DNA of 32,000 nt from assembly GCA_001695645.1 (NCBI GenBank), contig LVZN01000019.1:1-32000 (forward strand), read 5' to 3'. The stretch's first letter is position 1; each line of letters opens with the position of its first letter. Source of the DNA: Erysipelotrichaceae bacterium MTC7. Lineage in GTDB: Bacteria > Bacillota_I > Bacilli_A > Erysipelotrichales > Erysipelotrichaceae. Shown piece by piece: positions 8,122 through 20,821 of this stretch. Position numbers and translations under genes: made by a program. The notes under the pieces were generated by a model, which ran no database searches, was not told the origin of the DNA, and saw nothing but the letters and a program-made list of their open reading frames with translations.

Positions 8122-9954
8122 TTATTGACCTGGAGTGACTGAGGGAGTATTTGGATCTCCAGTCCCAGTTCCTGGATTACTTGGATTTTGTTCACCTTCA
8201 TTTCCACCTGTGCCAGGGGTTTCGGTTTCTCCGCCAGTACCCGGTGTCTCAGTTTCACTACCATCACCAGGATTTTCTGGGGTGTTTGGTTCTTCAACTA
8301 CTGGGGTTTCTGGAACTTCAGGTTCCTCAACAACTGGAGCCTGGTATTCTGGTTCTTCAGAGGTATAATCACCACCAGATTTTTCACCAGAGAAGTCATC
8401 ACCAACAAACATACCTGTCGCAGGTCGGTTGTATGCTGGTAACTGACTGTATAAATCATTTAAGTCAAATGAGAATTCCTTGAACTTAATTGGTTTGACA
8501 ATCATTTCATAACGATAGTACAACAATTCCATGTCCTGTAAAGATAGTATATATACAGATAATGGCATACTTCCACCTGCATAAGGGATTGGGATTTGAT
8601 CAAATCCTCCATTATCTAATGAAGTACTTCCAAATGTCCATGGCTCTAAATGATCAATTTCATAGTTTACGAAATCTGAAAGTTGAGCATAGCTAATATC
8701 TGTTTCAATGTATTTCGTCGCTGTATTCATTAAGGAAGGTACAGCTTTCACACCTTCAGCAGTAGTTAGTTTGTTAATCATAGCTTTAATGATGTCTTGT
8801 TGTGCTCTAGTACGTCCAACATCACCATCTTCTTGGTCATGACGGTTACGTGCATAGGCAAGGGCTTCTTCACCATTAAGTGTTTGCAATCCTTTTTTAA
8901 GCGTAATTAAATCACCATCTTCAAAACTTCGGTTACTGTTTTGTTCCGTAAAGTCCATGGCAACATCAACTTCGACACCACCCATAGCATTCACGATTTC
9001 AACTACTGATGTAAAGTTTACTTGCACATAGAAATCAATTTCAAATCCACTAATAGCTGCAATGGAATCCATGATATTTTCAACACCGTTATTTCCAAGG
9101 TGGGTAAGTTTATCGTTAATTCCACCGAGCGCCAAGTTAGGAATGTAAGAATCACGAGGGAAGCTTACCATTTCCATATGGTTCGTAATTGGATTTACAA
9201 TTAATATCATATTCACATCACTTCTTTGACTGGCTTCACCAGTATCAGAAGTATCAATTCCACTAAGTAGTACGGTAAATGGTTCTTTTGTTAAATCTTT
9301 TCCTGAGTTTTTTGAAGTTGTTTGTTCCACTTTGCGTTGGAATGTCGCAATTTCTTTAACTTCATCAGTAAATCCTTCGATATGGTCTTCAACGGTACTG
9401 ATACTTGATTTTGAAATAATTAAAGCATCAATATCTCCAGCAATTAATGAATTTGCTAAATCTGTATAGTTGCTTTGTCCTGCATAAGAAACGTTGCTAA
9501 CAGATGTATTGATTTGTTTTTTTGCAAAACTAGCATTTTCTTCGTCTGTTTCTTCTTGGAATCCCACGGTTGTGTTTTCTAGATCGTCTAGTTTTTCTAG
9601 TGAACTATCTGCTTTAGTCAACACCGAAATGGTGATGTATTTATCTTTGGTACGATCGGTCATCGATTGCAGGGTATCATCACCTTTATAAGCATAAACT
9701 GCCACAAAAGCGAAGAGGGCAGTAAATACAACAACGAAGAAACGACGTACCCAAGTTGCCTTCATTTGAAAACGTTTAAATGATAATGCCAATAGAATTA
9801 AGAAGATAATTGCACTAATGGCAATCACGGCAATTCTATATTTGATTGGTACTACACGAACTTGAAACGTAAAATACGCTGCAGCAAGTACGGCTAAGGC
9901 TTGTAGAATTATTAGTACAAAGTCAAGTTTACGTGACTGTATGATTTTTTTCAT
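8122..9954 (-). CDS. LytR-CpsA-Psr (LCP) family cell-wall glycopolymer transferase with a Pro/Glu/Thr/Gly-rich C-terminal tail
   Basis: N-terminal TM helices. LCP core motifs SDVNMILIVNP, FPRDSY, ALAYARNRH and GDVGRTRAQQ. The C-terminal low-complexity tail has ETETPGTGG x2 and PVVEEP x2. Confidence 0.87.
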   Translation of the reverse strand: MKKIIQSRKLDFVLIILQALAVLAAAYFTFQVRVVPIKYRIAVIAISAIIFLILLALSFKRFQMKATWVRRFFVVVFTALFAFVAVYAYKGDDTLQSMTDRTKDKYITISVLTKADSSLEKLDDLENTTVGFQEETDEENASFAKKQINTSVSNVSYAGQSNYTDLANSLIAGDIDALIISKSSISTVEDHIEGFTDEVKEIATFQRKVEQTTSKNSGKDLTKEPFTVLLSGIDTSDTGEASQRSDVNMILIVNPITNHMEMVSFPRDSYIPNLALGGINDKLTHLGNNGVENIMDSIAAISGFEIDFYVQVNFTSVVEIVNAMGGVEVDVAMDFTEQNSNRSFEDGDLITLKKGLQTLNGEEALAYARNRHDQEDGDVGRTRAQQDIIKAMINKLTTAEGVKAVPSLMNTATKYIETDISYAQLSDFVNYEIDHLEPWTFGSTSLDNGGFDQIPIPYAGGSMPLSVYILSLQDMELLYYRYEMIVKPIKFKEFSFDLNDLYSQLPAYNRPATGMFVGDDFSGEKSGGDYTSEEPEYQAPVVEEPEVPETPVVEEPNTPENPGDGSETETPGTGGETETPGTGGNEGEQNPSNPGTGTGDPNTPSVTPGQ

Positions 9955-9965
9955 AAGTTACCTCT

Positions 9966-10023
9966 TTTTCACTTCATTATAGTATAGGAAAGCAACGAGT
10001 GTAAAGTGAAAATGAAGTGAAAA
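9966..10023. repeat. 13-bp perfect inverted repeat bracketing the candidate promoter of the downstream LCP gene
   Basis: TTTTCACTTCATT (9966-9978) and AATGAAGTGAAAA (10011-10023). On the minus strand, -35 TTTACA (10005-10000), an 18-nt spacer and -10 TATAAT (9981-9976) lie between or overlap the arms. Confidence 0.5.
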
Positions 10024-10048
10024 GTTATGTTTCATATACAAGAACAAT

Positions 10049-10076
10049 AAAAAAAGATGTTCGGAAACACCTTTTT
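10049..10076 (-). terminator. Rho-independent terminator of the upstream LCP paralog
   Basis: On the minus strand: AAAAAGGTGTT-tccg-AACATCTTTTT (one G-U pair) followed by a T7 run. It lies 16 nt after the stop at 10092. Confidence 0.6.
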
Positions 10077-10091
10077 GTTTGTATATTCGAA

Positions 10092-11660
10092 TTAAGGAAC
10101 CAGTTGGATATCATCTGATTCTTCATATGTACTGTATCCGTTGTACATATCATCTAAATCAAAATGGAAATCCGTTAGTTCTTGACGTTCTTTCATTAAG
10201 TTGTAAATTGCATTCGCTTTTTCAATATCACTTTTTGATAAGTAATAGATACTTGAATACAATCCAGGCATCGATGCAGTTACATCTGAACCTTGTTCAC
10301 CTTTATCAAGGCTTAAAGATTTAAATTGCCATGAAGGCATGTTATCGACTTGTTGTTTAACAAGACTTGTCAGTTGACTTTCTGAGAAGTTCATAATGAC
10401 ATAGTTACTCATAAGTTTCATCACATCATCAACTTTGGTGATTCCTTCAGGAGATAATACGCGTTTGACAAGACCTTTCATAACTTCAATTTGTGCTTGA
10501 TTACGACCCAAGTCTTGGTTTTCATACGAATGACGGTGTCTTGCATAGGCAAGTGCTTGTTTTCCACTTAAGGTTTGTTGACCGGCTTCTAGATAGATTA
10601 AATCTTCTTCTGCAAAACTGCGGTATTCATCTTGTTCAACAATCGGTTGAAGAACATTGACGGGAATTCCACCAAGTGTATCCACAATTTCAATCAAAGA
10701 AACAAAAGAGACTTTGACATAAAAATCGATTTTGATATTAAAGGTTTCTTCTACAGCTAGTTTTGTATTATCCACGCCATCATTACCGGTATGCGTAAGC
10801 TTATCACTGACGTTATCATAGGCTGGGTTAGGAACAAATGAATCACGTGGTATGGAGATTGTTTGAATGACATTAGTTATTGGATCAATGATCAAAAGCA
10901 TGTTGGTATCACTTAAAGAGTGAGAAGTAGGAGCAACTGTTTGGTCGCTTGCACTTACAAGTACGGTAAATACTTCTTTTGTGATATCAATATCGTTACC
11001 TTTGATTTGGTTTTTAATTGTAAAACTATACGTATCAACGACATTACTTATTTCGTAAAGATTTTTATATTCTTCTGGTAGGTTACCTTTTTGACTTTGA
11101 TCAATTACAATCGCATCGACAAATTCTTTGGTGTAATCACTGTACATTGTCATGTAGTTATCGTAAGCTAAGCTGCCAAAATCACTTATTTTTGTTGCTA
11201 ACTGCGCTTTTGCTTTATCCGTAGCTTCAACGGAACCATTGCTTGGAAAACCGACAACGTATCCGTCTAGGTCTTCGACATGAGACAAGCCATTGGTGCT
11301 TTCTTTTAAGGTAAGAACATCGTAGGTAATGGTTGTTTCTGAATTATCCATTGAACCTGCAAAGGCTTGATAACCACTAGATAGATCGTTTGTATAAATG
11401 TTAGCAGCAAGAAGGACAACGACCAATCCAGCAAGAAAGATTCGTCGGATGATTTCCACTACATGATTTTTTATTCTAAAGAGTAGTAGGGTAAGAATAA
11501 ATAGAAAGACAAAGATACCAATTGCATACAAATAGTATTTGTCACTGTATTTACGAATAAATAAAACAAATAGAATGCTCAATATTGGAAAGAGCAGTAA
11601 GTTGATAAGGTCAAATATACGACCATATCTGATTTTTCTTTTTTTCTGATTTTTTTTCAC
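10092..11660 (-). CDS. LytR-CpsA-Psr (LCP) family protein, second paralog
   Basis: GTG start 5 nt after GAGGTG. N-terminal TM helices. Motifs SDTNMLLIIDP, IPRDSF, ALAYARHRH and DLGRNQAQ. Confidence 0.87.
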   Translation of the reverse strand: MKKNQKKRKIRYGRIFDLINLLLFPILSILFVLFIRKYSDKYYLYAIGIFVFLFILTLLLFRIKNHVVEIIRRIFLAGLVVVLLAANIYTNDLSSGYQAFAGSMDNSETTITYDVLTLKESTNGLSHVEDLDGYVVGFPSNGSVEATDKAKAQLATKISDFGSLAYDNYMTMYSDYTKEFVDAIVIDQSQKGNLPEEYKNLYEISNVVDTYSFTIKNQIKGNDIDITKEVFTVLVSASDQTVAPTSHSLSDTNMLLIIDPITNVIQTISIPRDSFVPNPAYDNVSDKLTHTGNDGVDNTKLAVEETFNIKIDFYVKVSFVSLIEIVDTLGGIPVNVLQPIVEQDEYRSFAEEDLIYLEAGQQTLSGKQALAYARHRHSYENQDLGRNQAQIEVMKGLVKRVLSPEGITKVDDVMKLMSNYVIMNFSESQLTSLVKQQVDNMPSWQFKSLSLDKGEQGSDVTASMPGLYSSIYYLSKSDIEKANAIYNLMKERQELTDFHFDLDDMYNGYSTYEESDDIQLVP

Positions 11661-11767
11661 ACGAACACCTCGGTAAGATTATATATCATATTCAATAAAA
11701 AATCTTGTAGTTTTAACAAAAATGATGCACCCTTTTGTAGTATAATGTTTGCAGTGAGGTAAAAACT

Positions 11768-13915
11768 TTGGATATTTTAAACGGATTAAATGCAAAACAA
11801 AAGGAAGCAGTCACCACAATTGATTCACATTTGCGAATCGTTGCTGGAGCGGGAAGTGGTAAAACACGTGTTATTACAACACGAATTGCCTATTTGATTA
11901 TGGAAAAGCATGTGGCTCCATATCGCATACTTGCTATCACCTTTACAAATAAAGCCGCAAACGAAATGAAAGAACGTGTGGAAACGATTCTTGGCGTAAA
12001 AAACAGTGGGGTCCTACTATCCACAATTCATAGTTTATGTGTACGGATTCTGCGTGAAGAAATCCGTTATTTTGACTATCCACGTAACTTTGTTATTTTG
12101 GATGGTGATGATCAAAAGTCCATTTTAAAGGATATTTATAAAAAACATGAAATTGAAGTGAAAAGTGCACCATATGGACAATCCCTTGGCTATATCAGCA
12201 ATAATAAAACCAATTTGATTGGAGCTGGTAAAGCCTATGATATGGCTAACTACGAGCATGAAAAACTACTTGCAACCATTTACCTGGATTACGAAAAGAA
12301 ATTAAACGATATGCAAGCCCTCGATTTTGATGACTTGTTATTGTTCGTGTATCGTCTTTTTCAAGAGAACATCGAAGTTCGTGAGAAATGGCAAAGAAGA
12401 TACGATTATATACATGTTGATGAATTCCAAGATGTGGATATGATTCAATACGGAATTGTTCGTTACTTATGTGGACCATCGTGTATTTTATGTGTTGTTG
12501 GTGATCCAGATCAAACCATTTACACATGGCGTGGTGCAAAAGTCGATATCATTATGAACTTTAAAAAAGATTTTAAAGGATGTAAGAGTATTGTCTTAAA
12601 TGAAAACTATCGTTCAACTAAAACGATCTTACAAGCTGCCAACAGTTTGATAAAACACAATGAATATCGAATCGATAAAGATTTGTTTACAGCAAATGAA
12701 GATGACAACAAAATTAGCTTCTATGAGTCCCAAGATGAAGCGCATGAAGCTTTATGGATTGCGAAGAAAATCATCTCATTACATAAAGAAGGGGTTCCAT
12801 ACCATCAAATTGCCATCTTATATAGAAGTAACTATTTGTCACGAAACTTGGAAAAAGTGTTGCTTGATGGAAATATACCGTATCGTATTTACGGTTCTGT
12901 GAAGTTCTTTGAACGTGCAGAAATTAAAGATGCACTGAGTTATTTGCGTTTGATGATCACCGATAATAAAAGTATGGGTGAACTTGCAATCAAGCGTATT
13001 TTAAATGTGCCAAAACGTGGAGCTGGACCTAAGACGATGGAAACGATGGACATCTTGGCAGAAAGTCATGACCATGACTATTTTGAAACCATTCGTTTGC
13101 ATCCAATTGCAAAAGGAAAGACCCAACAAAATATCGATCGTTTTGTAGATTTGATTTTGAAATATCGTAAAGAAACTGAAACGTTGGCAATTTCCATCAT
13201 CATTCGTAAATTGCTTGAAGAAAGTGGATATTTTAAAATGCTTGAAGATGCAAATGAAATGGACCGTTTGGACAACATTAACGAGTTGATTCATGATATT
13301 GAAAACTATGAAGAAAACAATCCTGAAGGAACACTTGATGATTACTTACAGATGATTGCTTTATATACCGATACACAAGATGAAGGTTTAAACGAGTCCG
13401 TTCAATTGATGAGTGTACATAGTGCAAAAGGTTTGGAATTTGATTGTGTCTTTGTGTATTCGGTTGCCGAAGGTATTTTTCCAAATGAACGTAGTGTCAA
13501 TGAAGGTGGAAAACACGCCCTTGAAGAAGAGAGACGTCTAGCGTATGTTGCATTTACTAGAGCACGCAAACGTTTATTTTTAACGACATCAGTCGGACTA
13601 AGTTACATAACAGGACGTATGAAAACAACCAGTCGCTTTGTAAAAGAACTCGGTGATGACGTCTTAAATAAAGAAGGTGAAATCTTCCAAGGCTACAAAG
13701 CGAAAAAAGATGATGGAATTCAAAGAACGTCTTCATCAAGTATGCCAAAAAGTACACGAAAGAATAGTTTACGCAAAGGTGACTTAATTCATCATGATGC
13801 CTTTGGTGATGGTGTTGTTATCAAAATCAATGATGGTGTTGCACAAATCGCATTTGATAAGAAGTTTGGAATTAAGAAACTTGCGGCAAATCATCACATG
13901 TTACATAAAAAATAG
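11768..13915 (+). CDS. pcrA: ATP-dependent DNA helicase PcrA (UvrD/Rep family)
   Basis: TTG start after GAGGT. Walker A AGAGSGKTRV, motif II DEFQD, VHSAKGLEF. Conserved position upstream of ligA. Confidence 0.92.
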   Translation: MDILNGLNAKQKEAVTTIDSHLRIVAGAGSGKTRVITTRIAYLIMEKHVAPYRILAITFTNKAANEMKERVETILGVKNSGVLLSTIHSLCVRILREEIRYFDYPRNFVILDGDDQKSILKDIYKKHEIEVKSAPYGQSLGYISNNKTNLIGAGKAYDMANYEHEKLLATIYLDYEKKLNDMQALDFDDLLLFVYRLFQENIEVREKWQRRYDYIHVDEFQDVDMIQYGIVRYLCGPSCILCVVGDPDQTIYTWRGAKVDIIMNFKKDFKGCKSIVLNENYRSTKTILQAANSLIKHNEYRIDKDLFTANEDDNKISFYESQDEAHEALWIAKKIISLHKEGVPYHQIAILYRSNYLSRNLEKVLLDGNIPYRIYGSVKFFERAEIKDALSYLRLMITDNKSMGELAIKRILNVPKRGAGPKTMETMDILAESHDHDYFETIRLHPIAKGKTQQNIDRFVDLILKYRKETETLAISIIIRKLLEESGYFKMLEDANEMDRLDNINELIHDIENYEENNPEGTLDDYLQMIALYTDTQDEGLNESVQLMSVHSAKGLEFDCVFVYSVAEGIFPNERSVNEGGKHALEEERRLAYVAFTRARKRLFLTTSVGLSYITGRMKTTSRFVKELGDDVLNKEGEIFQGYKAKKDDGIQRTSSSSMPKSTRKNSLRKGDLIHHDAFGDGVVIKINDGVAQIAFDKKFGIKKLAANHHMLHKK

Positions 13916-17030
<3,115 letters not shown>

Positions 17031-17040
17031 AAGGAGCATT

Positions 17041-17331
17041 ATGGAAAAAGATAAGGCATATTTTCGTAAGTTAGCAAATCAAATTATGTTTGATTTGAGC
17101 GATGAAGAACTAGAAGAACTGAAAAAAGAATTCGAAGTAACGATTCGTAAAATGGACTTACTTGATAAAATTAATACTGACGATGTTAAAGAAATGGTAT
17201 ATCCATTTGAAGGGGAAACGCATTTTCTACGTGAAGATGTTGTTGATCGTGTCGTAACACAAGAAGAAGCATTAGCAAATGCTCCAGAAGTAAGAGAAGG
17301 GCAAGTGTTAGTGCCTAAGGTGGTGAAATAA
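17041..17331 (+). CDS. gatC: Asp/Glu-tRNA amidotransferase subunit C
   Basis: 96-aa acidic protein directly upstream of gatA, with a TAATG overlap. The 'VYPFE...LREDVV' region is typical of GatC. Confidence 0.88.
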   Translation: MEKDKAYFRKLANQIMFDLSDEELEELKKEFEVTIRKMDLLDKINTDDVKEMVYPFEGETHFLREDVVDRVVTQEEALANAPEVREGQVLVPKVVK

Positions 17332-18743
17332 TGCGCATTCAAGATTGTAAAGAAAAAGAGTTAAACAAGCTTGTTGACTTACAAGCAAAACTTGTAAAAG
17401 CCAATGAAAAACTCAATGCGGTTGTTTCATACTGTGACGTGGATGCACAGTTAGAAAACTATACAGCACCAACAGATGCTCCACTTTATGGAACCCCTGT
17501 TGTTTTAAAAGACAACATTTCAACAAAAGGTGTAAGAACAACTGCATCAAGTCGTATATTAGATAACTATGTACCATTTTACGATGCAACCGTAGTTAAA
17601 AAGCTACGCGATGCTGGAGCTATTTTCACTTGTAAAAGTGCTATGGATGAACTTGGAATGGGTGGTACAGGACTTAATGCCTACACTGGAAAAGTTAACA
17701 ACCCTTACGATTTAGAGCGAATTACCGGGGGAAGTAGTAGTGGTTCTGCGGCATTAGTTGCTGCTGGACTAAGCCCACTTGCCATTGGAACTGATACTGG
17801 AGATAGTATTCGTAAGCCCGCTGCCTATTGTGGAATCGTTGGGGTTAAACCAACCTATGGACGTATTTCGCGTTACGGTGTGATTCCATATGCATCAAGT
17901 TTGGATCACGTAGGGTATTTTACAACCAACATCCAAGATGCTGCGCTTGCTTTAGAAGTTATGGCTGGACGTGATGATCAAGATATGACATCTTCATATG
18001 AAGAAGTAGCACCATATGCAAGCTTGTTAAAAGCCGATTTAAAAGGAAAGAAAATCGGAATTATCAGCAACGTAGTTGATGCAATTGTAGATCCAAGATT
18101 TAGACCATCATTTGATGCGTTTACCAAAAAACTTGAACAACAAGGTGCTATTTTAGAAATGGTTACCTTTGATCAAGATTTAATGAATGCCTTGTTACCA
18201 ACGTATTTTATTATTTCTAATGCAGAAGCTACAGCTAACCACAGCAACCTTGATGGGATTCGTTTTGGTATGCGTGAACCTGGAGCTGACTTAACTGAAA
18301 TTATGATTAACTCGAGAACCAAAGGGTTCAGTAGTGAAGTAAGAAAACGTTTCGTTATTGGATCGTACAGTTTATTTACCGAAAACCAAGAAAAGATCTT
18401 TAGAAAGGCACAAAAAGTGCGTCGTGTGATTGTCGAAGCTCTTGATGATGCGTTGAAGAATTATGATATATTACTTGCACCTGCTGCAGGTACACTTGCA
18501 CCTAAGCCAGATGAATCGTTTGGTGAAGACTTAAACAATACATTTATGGTTGCAGAAAATCACATGTTACTTGGAAACTTTAGTGGATATCCTTCCATTA
18601 CGGTACCATACGATGTCGTTGATACAATGCCTGTTGCCATCAATTTACTTGCACGTGCTTTCGATGAACAAACGATGTTTAATGTCGCTAAAGGAATTGA
18701 AGATATTACTGGTTTAGCAGGAATGACAAAGGAGGATTTCTAA
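17331..18743 (+). CDS. gatA: Asp/Glu-tRNA amidotransferase subunit A
   Basis: Amidase signature GGSSSGSAALVAAG and GTDTGDSIRKPA. Confidence 0.94.
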   Translation: MRIQDCKEKELNKLVDLQAKLVKANEKLNAVVSYCDVDAQLENYTAPTDAPLYGTPVVLKDNISTKGVRTTASSRILDNYVPFYDATVVKKLRDAGAIFTCKSAMDELGMGGTGLNAYTGKVNNPYDLERITGGSSSGSAALVAAGLSPLAIGTDTGDSIRKPAAYCGIVGVKPTYGRISRYGVIPYASSLDHVGYFTTNIQDAALALEVMAGRDDQDMTSSYEEVAPYASLLKADLKGKKIGIISNVVDAIVDPRFRPSFDAFTKKLEQQGAILEMVTFDQDLMNALLPTYFIISNAEATANHSNLDGIRFGMREPGADLTEIMINSRTKGFSSEVRKRFVIGSYSLFTENQEKIFRKAQKVRRVIVEALDDALKNYDILLAPAAGTLAPKPDESFGEDLNNTFMVAENHMLLGNFSGYPSITVPYDVVDTMPVAINLLARAFDEQTMFNVAKGIEDITGLAGMTKEDF

Positions 18744-18744
18744 G

Positions 18745-20169
18745 ATGAATTTTGAAGTCATTATTGGGATTGAAATCCACTGTGAATTAAAAACAAACAC
18801 AAAAATGTTCTCAAGTGCACCATTAAGTTTTGCAGCTGTACCTAATACATGTACAAATGAAATCGATTTAGGTATGCCAGGAACATTACCTTGCGTTAAC
18901 AAGGATGCAGTAAAAAGTGCAGTAAAAGCTTGTTTAGCAACCAACTGTACAATTGATACACTCATTCGCTTTGATCGTAAAAATTACTACTATTCCGATT
19001 TGCCAAAAGGGTTTCAAATTACACAACAATTCTATCCAATTGGTAGTCATGGAAAAGTAAATATTCAAACCGATGAAGGCACAAAAGAAATTCGTTTGAA
19101 CCGTATTCATATGGAAGAGGATACAGCAAAACAATTCCATACAGATGCAGGAACGATGATTGACTTTAACCGTGCTGGAACACCATTGATTGAAATTGTT
19201 AGTGAACCAGATATGCGCAATGGAAAAGAAGCTGCAGCCTATGTAGAAGAAATCCGAAAAACATTATATTACCTTGGAGTCAGTGATGTACGTATGGAAG
19301 AAGGTTCTCTTCGTTGTGATGTCAACATTTCACTGCGACCATACGGAAGTGATGTACTTGGGGCAAAAGCAGAAATCAAGAACTTGAACTCAATTGCAAA
19401 CGTACAACGTGCCATTGAATATGAAATGAAACGTCAAAACGATATTCTTTTAGCTGGTGGAGTTGTTACTCAAGCTACCTTACGTTACGATGAAGCAACA
19501 CGACAAACGGTAGAAATGCGAAAAAAGGAAGGAGCTGTGGATTACAAATACTTCCCAGAACCAAACATTTTCCCAATTCGTATTGATGAAGCTTTGATGC
19601 AAGACATCAAAGAAAATATGCCAGAATTACCAAAAGAACGTTACCAAACCTATGTCACAACCTATGAACTTAGTGATTATGATGCAAACACGCTAGTGGC
19701 CAATAAAGAATTATCTGATTTCTTTAACGAAGCTGTTGCACATACAAAAGAATACAAGCTCGTTGCCAACTGGTTGCTTGGTGATGTAAGTGCCTATTTA
19801 AATAAAAACGGACTGCAAATTCAAGATAGTAAACTTGAAGCCAAAGAGCTTGCAAGCATGATTGACATGGTTGCAAACCGTGAGATTTCTAGTAAACAAG
19901 CCAAAGAAGTATTTGAAGGTATTGTTGAAGGAAAAAGTGCAAAAGCCGTTGTAAAAGAAAAAGGTATGGAACAATTAAGTGATCCAAATGCGATCCTAGA
20001 TCTTGTAAAACAAGTGTTAGATGCAAATCCACAATCAATTGAAGATTTCAAAAACGGTAAAGACCGTGCTGTTGGTTTCTTAGTGGGTCAAGTTATGAAA
20101 TTATCGAAAGGTCAAGCCAACCCAGGTCTTACAAACAAGTTGCTTGTTGAAGAATTAAACAAAAGATAG
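18745..20169 (+). CDS. gatB: Asp/Glu-tRNA amidotransferase subunit B
   Basis: N-terminus 'EVIIGIEIHCEL', 'LNRIHMEEDTAK', 'SLRCDVNIS', and a C-terminal YqeY-like tail. Confidence 0.94.
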   Translation: MNFEVIIGIEIHCELKTNTKMFSSAPLSFAAVPNTCTNEIDLGMPGTLPCVNKDAVKSAVKACLATNCTIDTLIRFDRKNYYYSDLPKGFQITQQFYPIGSHGKVNIQTDEGTKEIRLNRIHMEEDTAKQFHTDAGTMIDFNRAGTPLIEIVSEPDMRNGKEAAAYVEEIRKTLYYLGVSDVRMEEGSLRCDVNISLRPYGSDVLGAKAEIKNLNSIANVQRAIEYEMKRQNDILLAGGVVTQATLRYDEATRQTVEMRKKEGAVDYKYFPEPNIFPIRIDEALMQDIKENMPELPKERYQTYVTTYELSDYDANTLVANKELSDFFNEAVAHTKEYKLVANWLLGDVSAYLNKNGLQIQDSKLEAKELASMIDMVANREISSKQAKEVFEGIVEGKSAKAVVKEKGMEQLSDPNAILDLVKQVLDANPQSIEDFKNGKDRAVGFLVGQVMKLSKGQANPGLTNKLLVEELNKR

Positions 20170-20196
20170 TAAAATAGGTAAGACAAGGAGAGTTAC

Positions 20197-20796
20197 ATGG
20201 CGATACTCAAACAATCAAACAAAGGAAATAAAAAAACAAAACATCGACCAAACTGGTTGTTGCGATTCACGATTGTGGTTGTGGCAATTCCATGTTTGAT
20301 TCTTGCTTTTGTATTACTTACATCGTTGGGTTCTTCCAACAAACCGGTCGTTGGTGATCGTTTTGAAGGTCAACTCAACCCAAAAATTGAAAGTGGTAAA
20401 ACAAAGGAAATCAAGGCTTTACTTGCATATCCTGAAGCAGAAAGCGTATCTGTCAATCTTAAAAGTGCAACGTTACGCATCACCATCAACTGTCTTGATG
20501 ATGTGAATAACGATCAAATTGCAGCTATTGTGAATGACGCATATGCAAAAGTAGATTCTGTATTACCCATTGGTACGTATTTCACCAACAAAGATAAAAC
20601 AAAAATGTATGATTTAGAAATACAGGTTTATAATTATCTACCTGATGAAAGTCGACCAACAAACATTCATTACGTACTTGTAAAGAATGCTAGTGCAGAA
20701 GCACAACATGTAGATAATGTCTCAGCTGCTAAAGATCAAGAAGTCGCAGACAAACTACAATCATATCCTAAACAAGGAGAAACCGTCGGGCAATAA
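20197..20796 (+). CDS. Hypothetical membrane-anchored protein (single N-terminal TM helix)
   Basis: SD AAGGAGA. Basic N-terminus followed by the hydrophobic helix LLRFTIVVVAIPCLILAFVLL. No motif recognised. Confidence 0.55.
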   Translation: MAILKQSNKGNKKTKHRPNWLLRFTIVVVAIPCLILAFVLLTSLGSSNKPVVGDRFEGQLNPKIESGKTKEIKALLAYPEAESVSVNLKSATLRITINCLDDVNNDQIAAIVNDAYAKVDSVLPIGTYFTNKDKTKMYDLEIQVYNYLPDESRPTNIHYVLVKNASAEAQHVDNVSAAKDQEVADKLQSYPKQGETVGQ

Positions 20797-20821
20797 TGTC
20801 CGACTTTTTTGGAGGAATGCA

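Noticed and set aside
8135-8483. Three overlapping + strand ORFs (77, 110, 84 aa) opposite the 3' end of the LCP gene
   Set aside because: They are shadow frames of the Pro/Gly/Thr-rich repetitive tail on the minus strand, with no SD or start context. Other antisense ORFs listed in the track fall in the same class: 3814-4014, 3942-4208, 4348-4689, 5832-6319, 12246-12539, 13001-13757, 14273-14826, 16203-16498, 17079-17342, 18714-19140, 19821-20051 and 21895-22124.
20717-20821. Long N-terminal extension of the rRNA methyltransferase ORF (start at 20717)
   Set aside because: It overlaps the 3' end of the preceding gene by 80 nt and has no SD. The in-frame ATG at 20822 has GGAGG at proper spacing and begins the conserved TRAM-like N-terminus.
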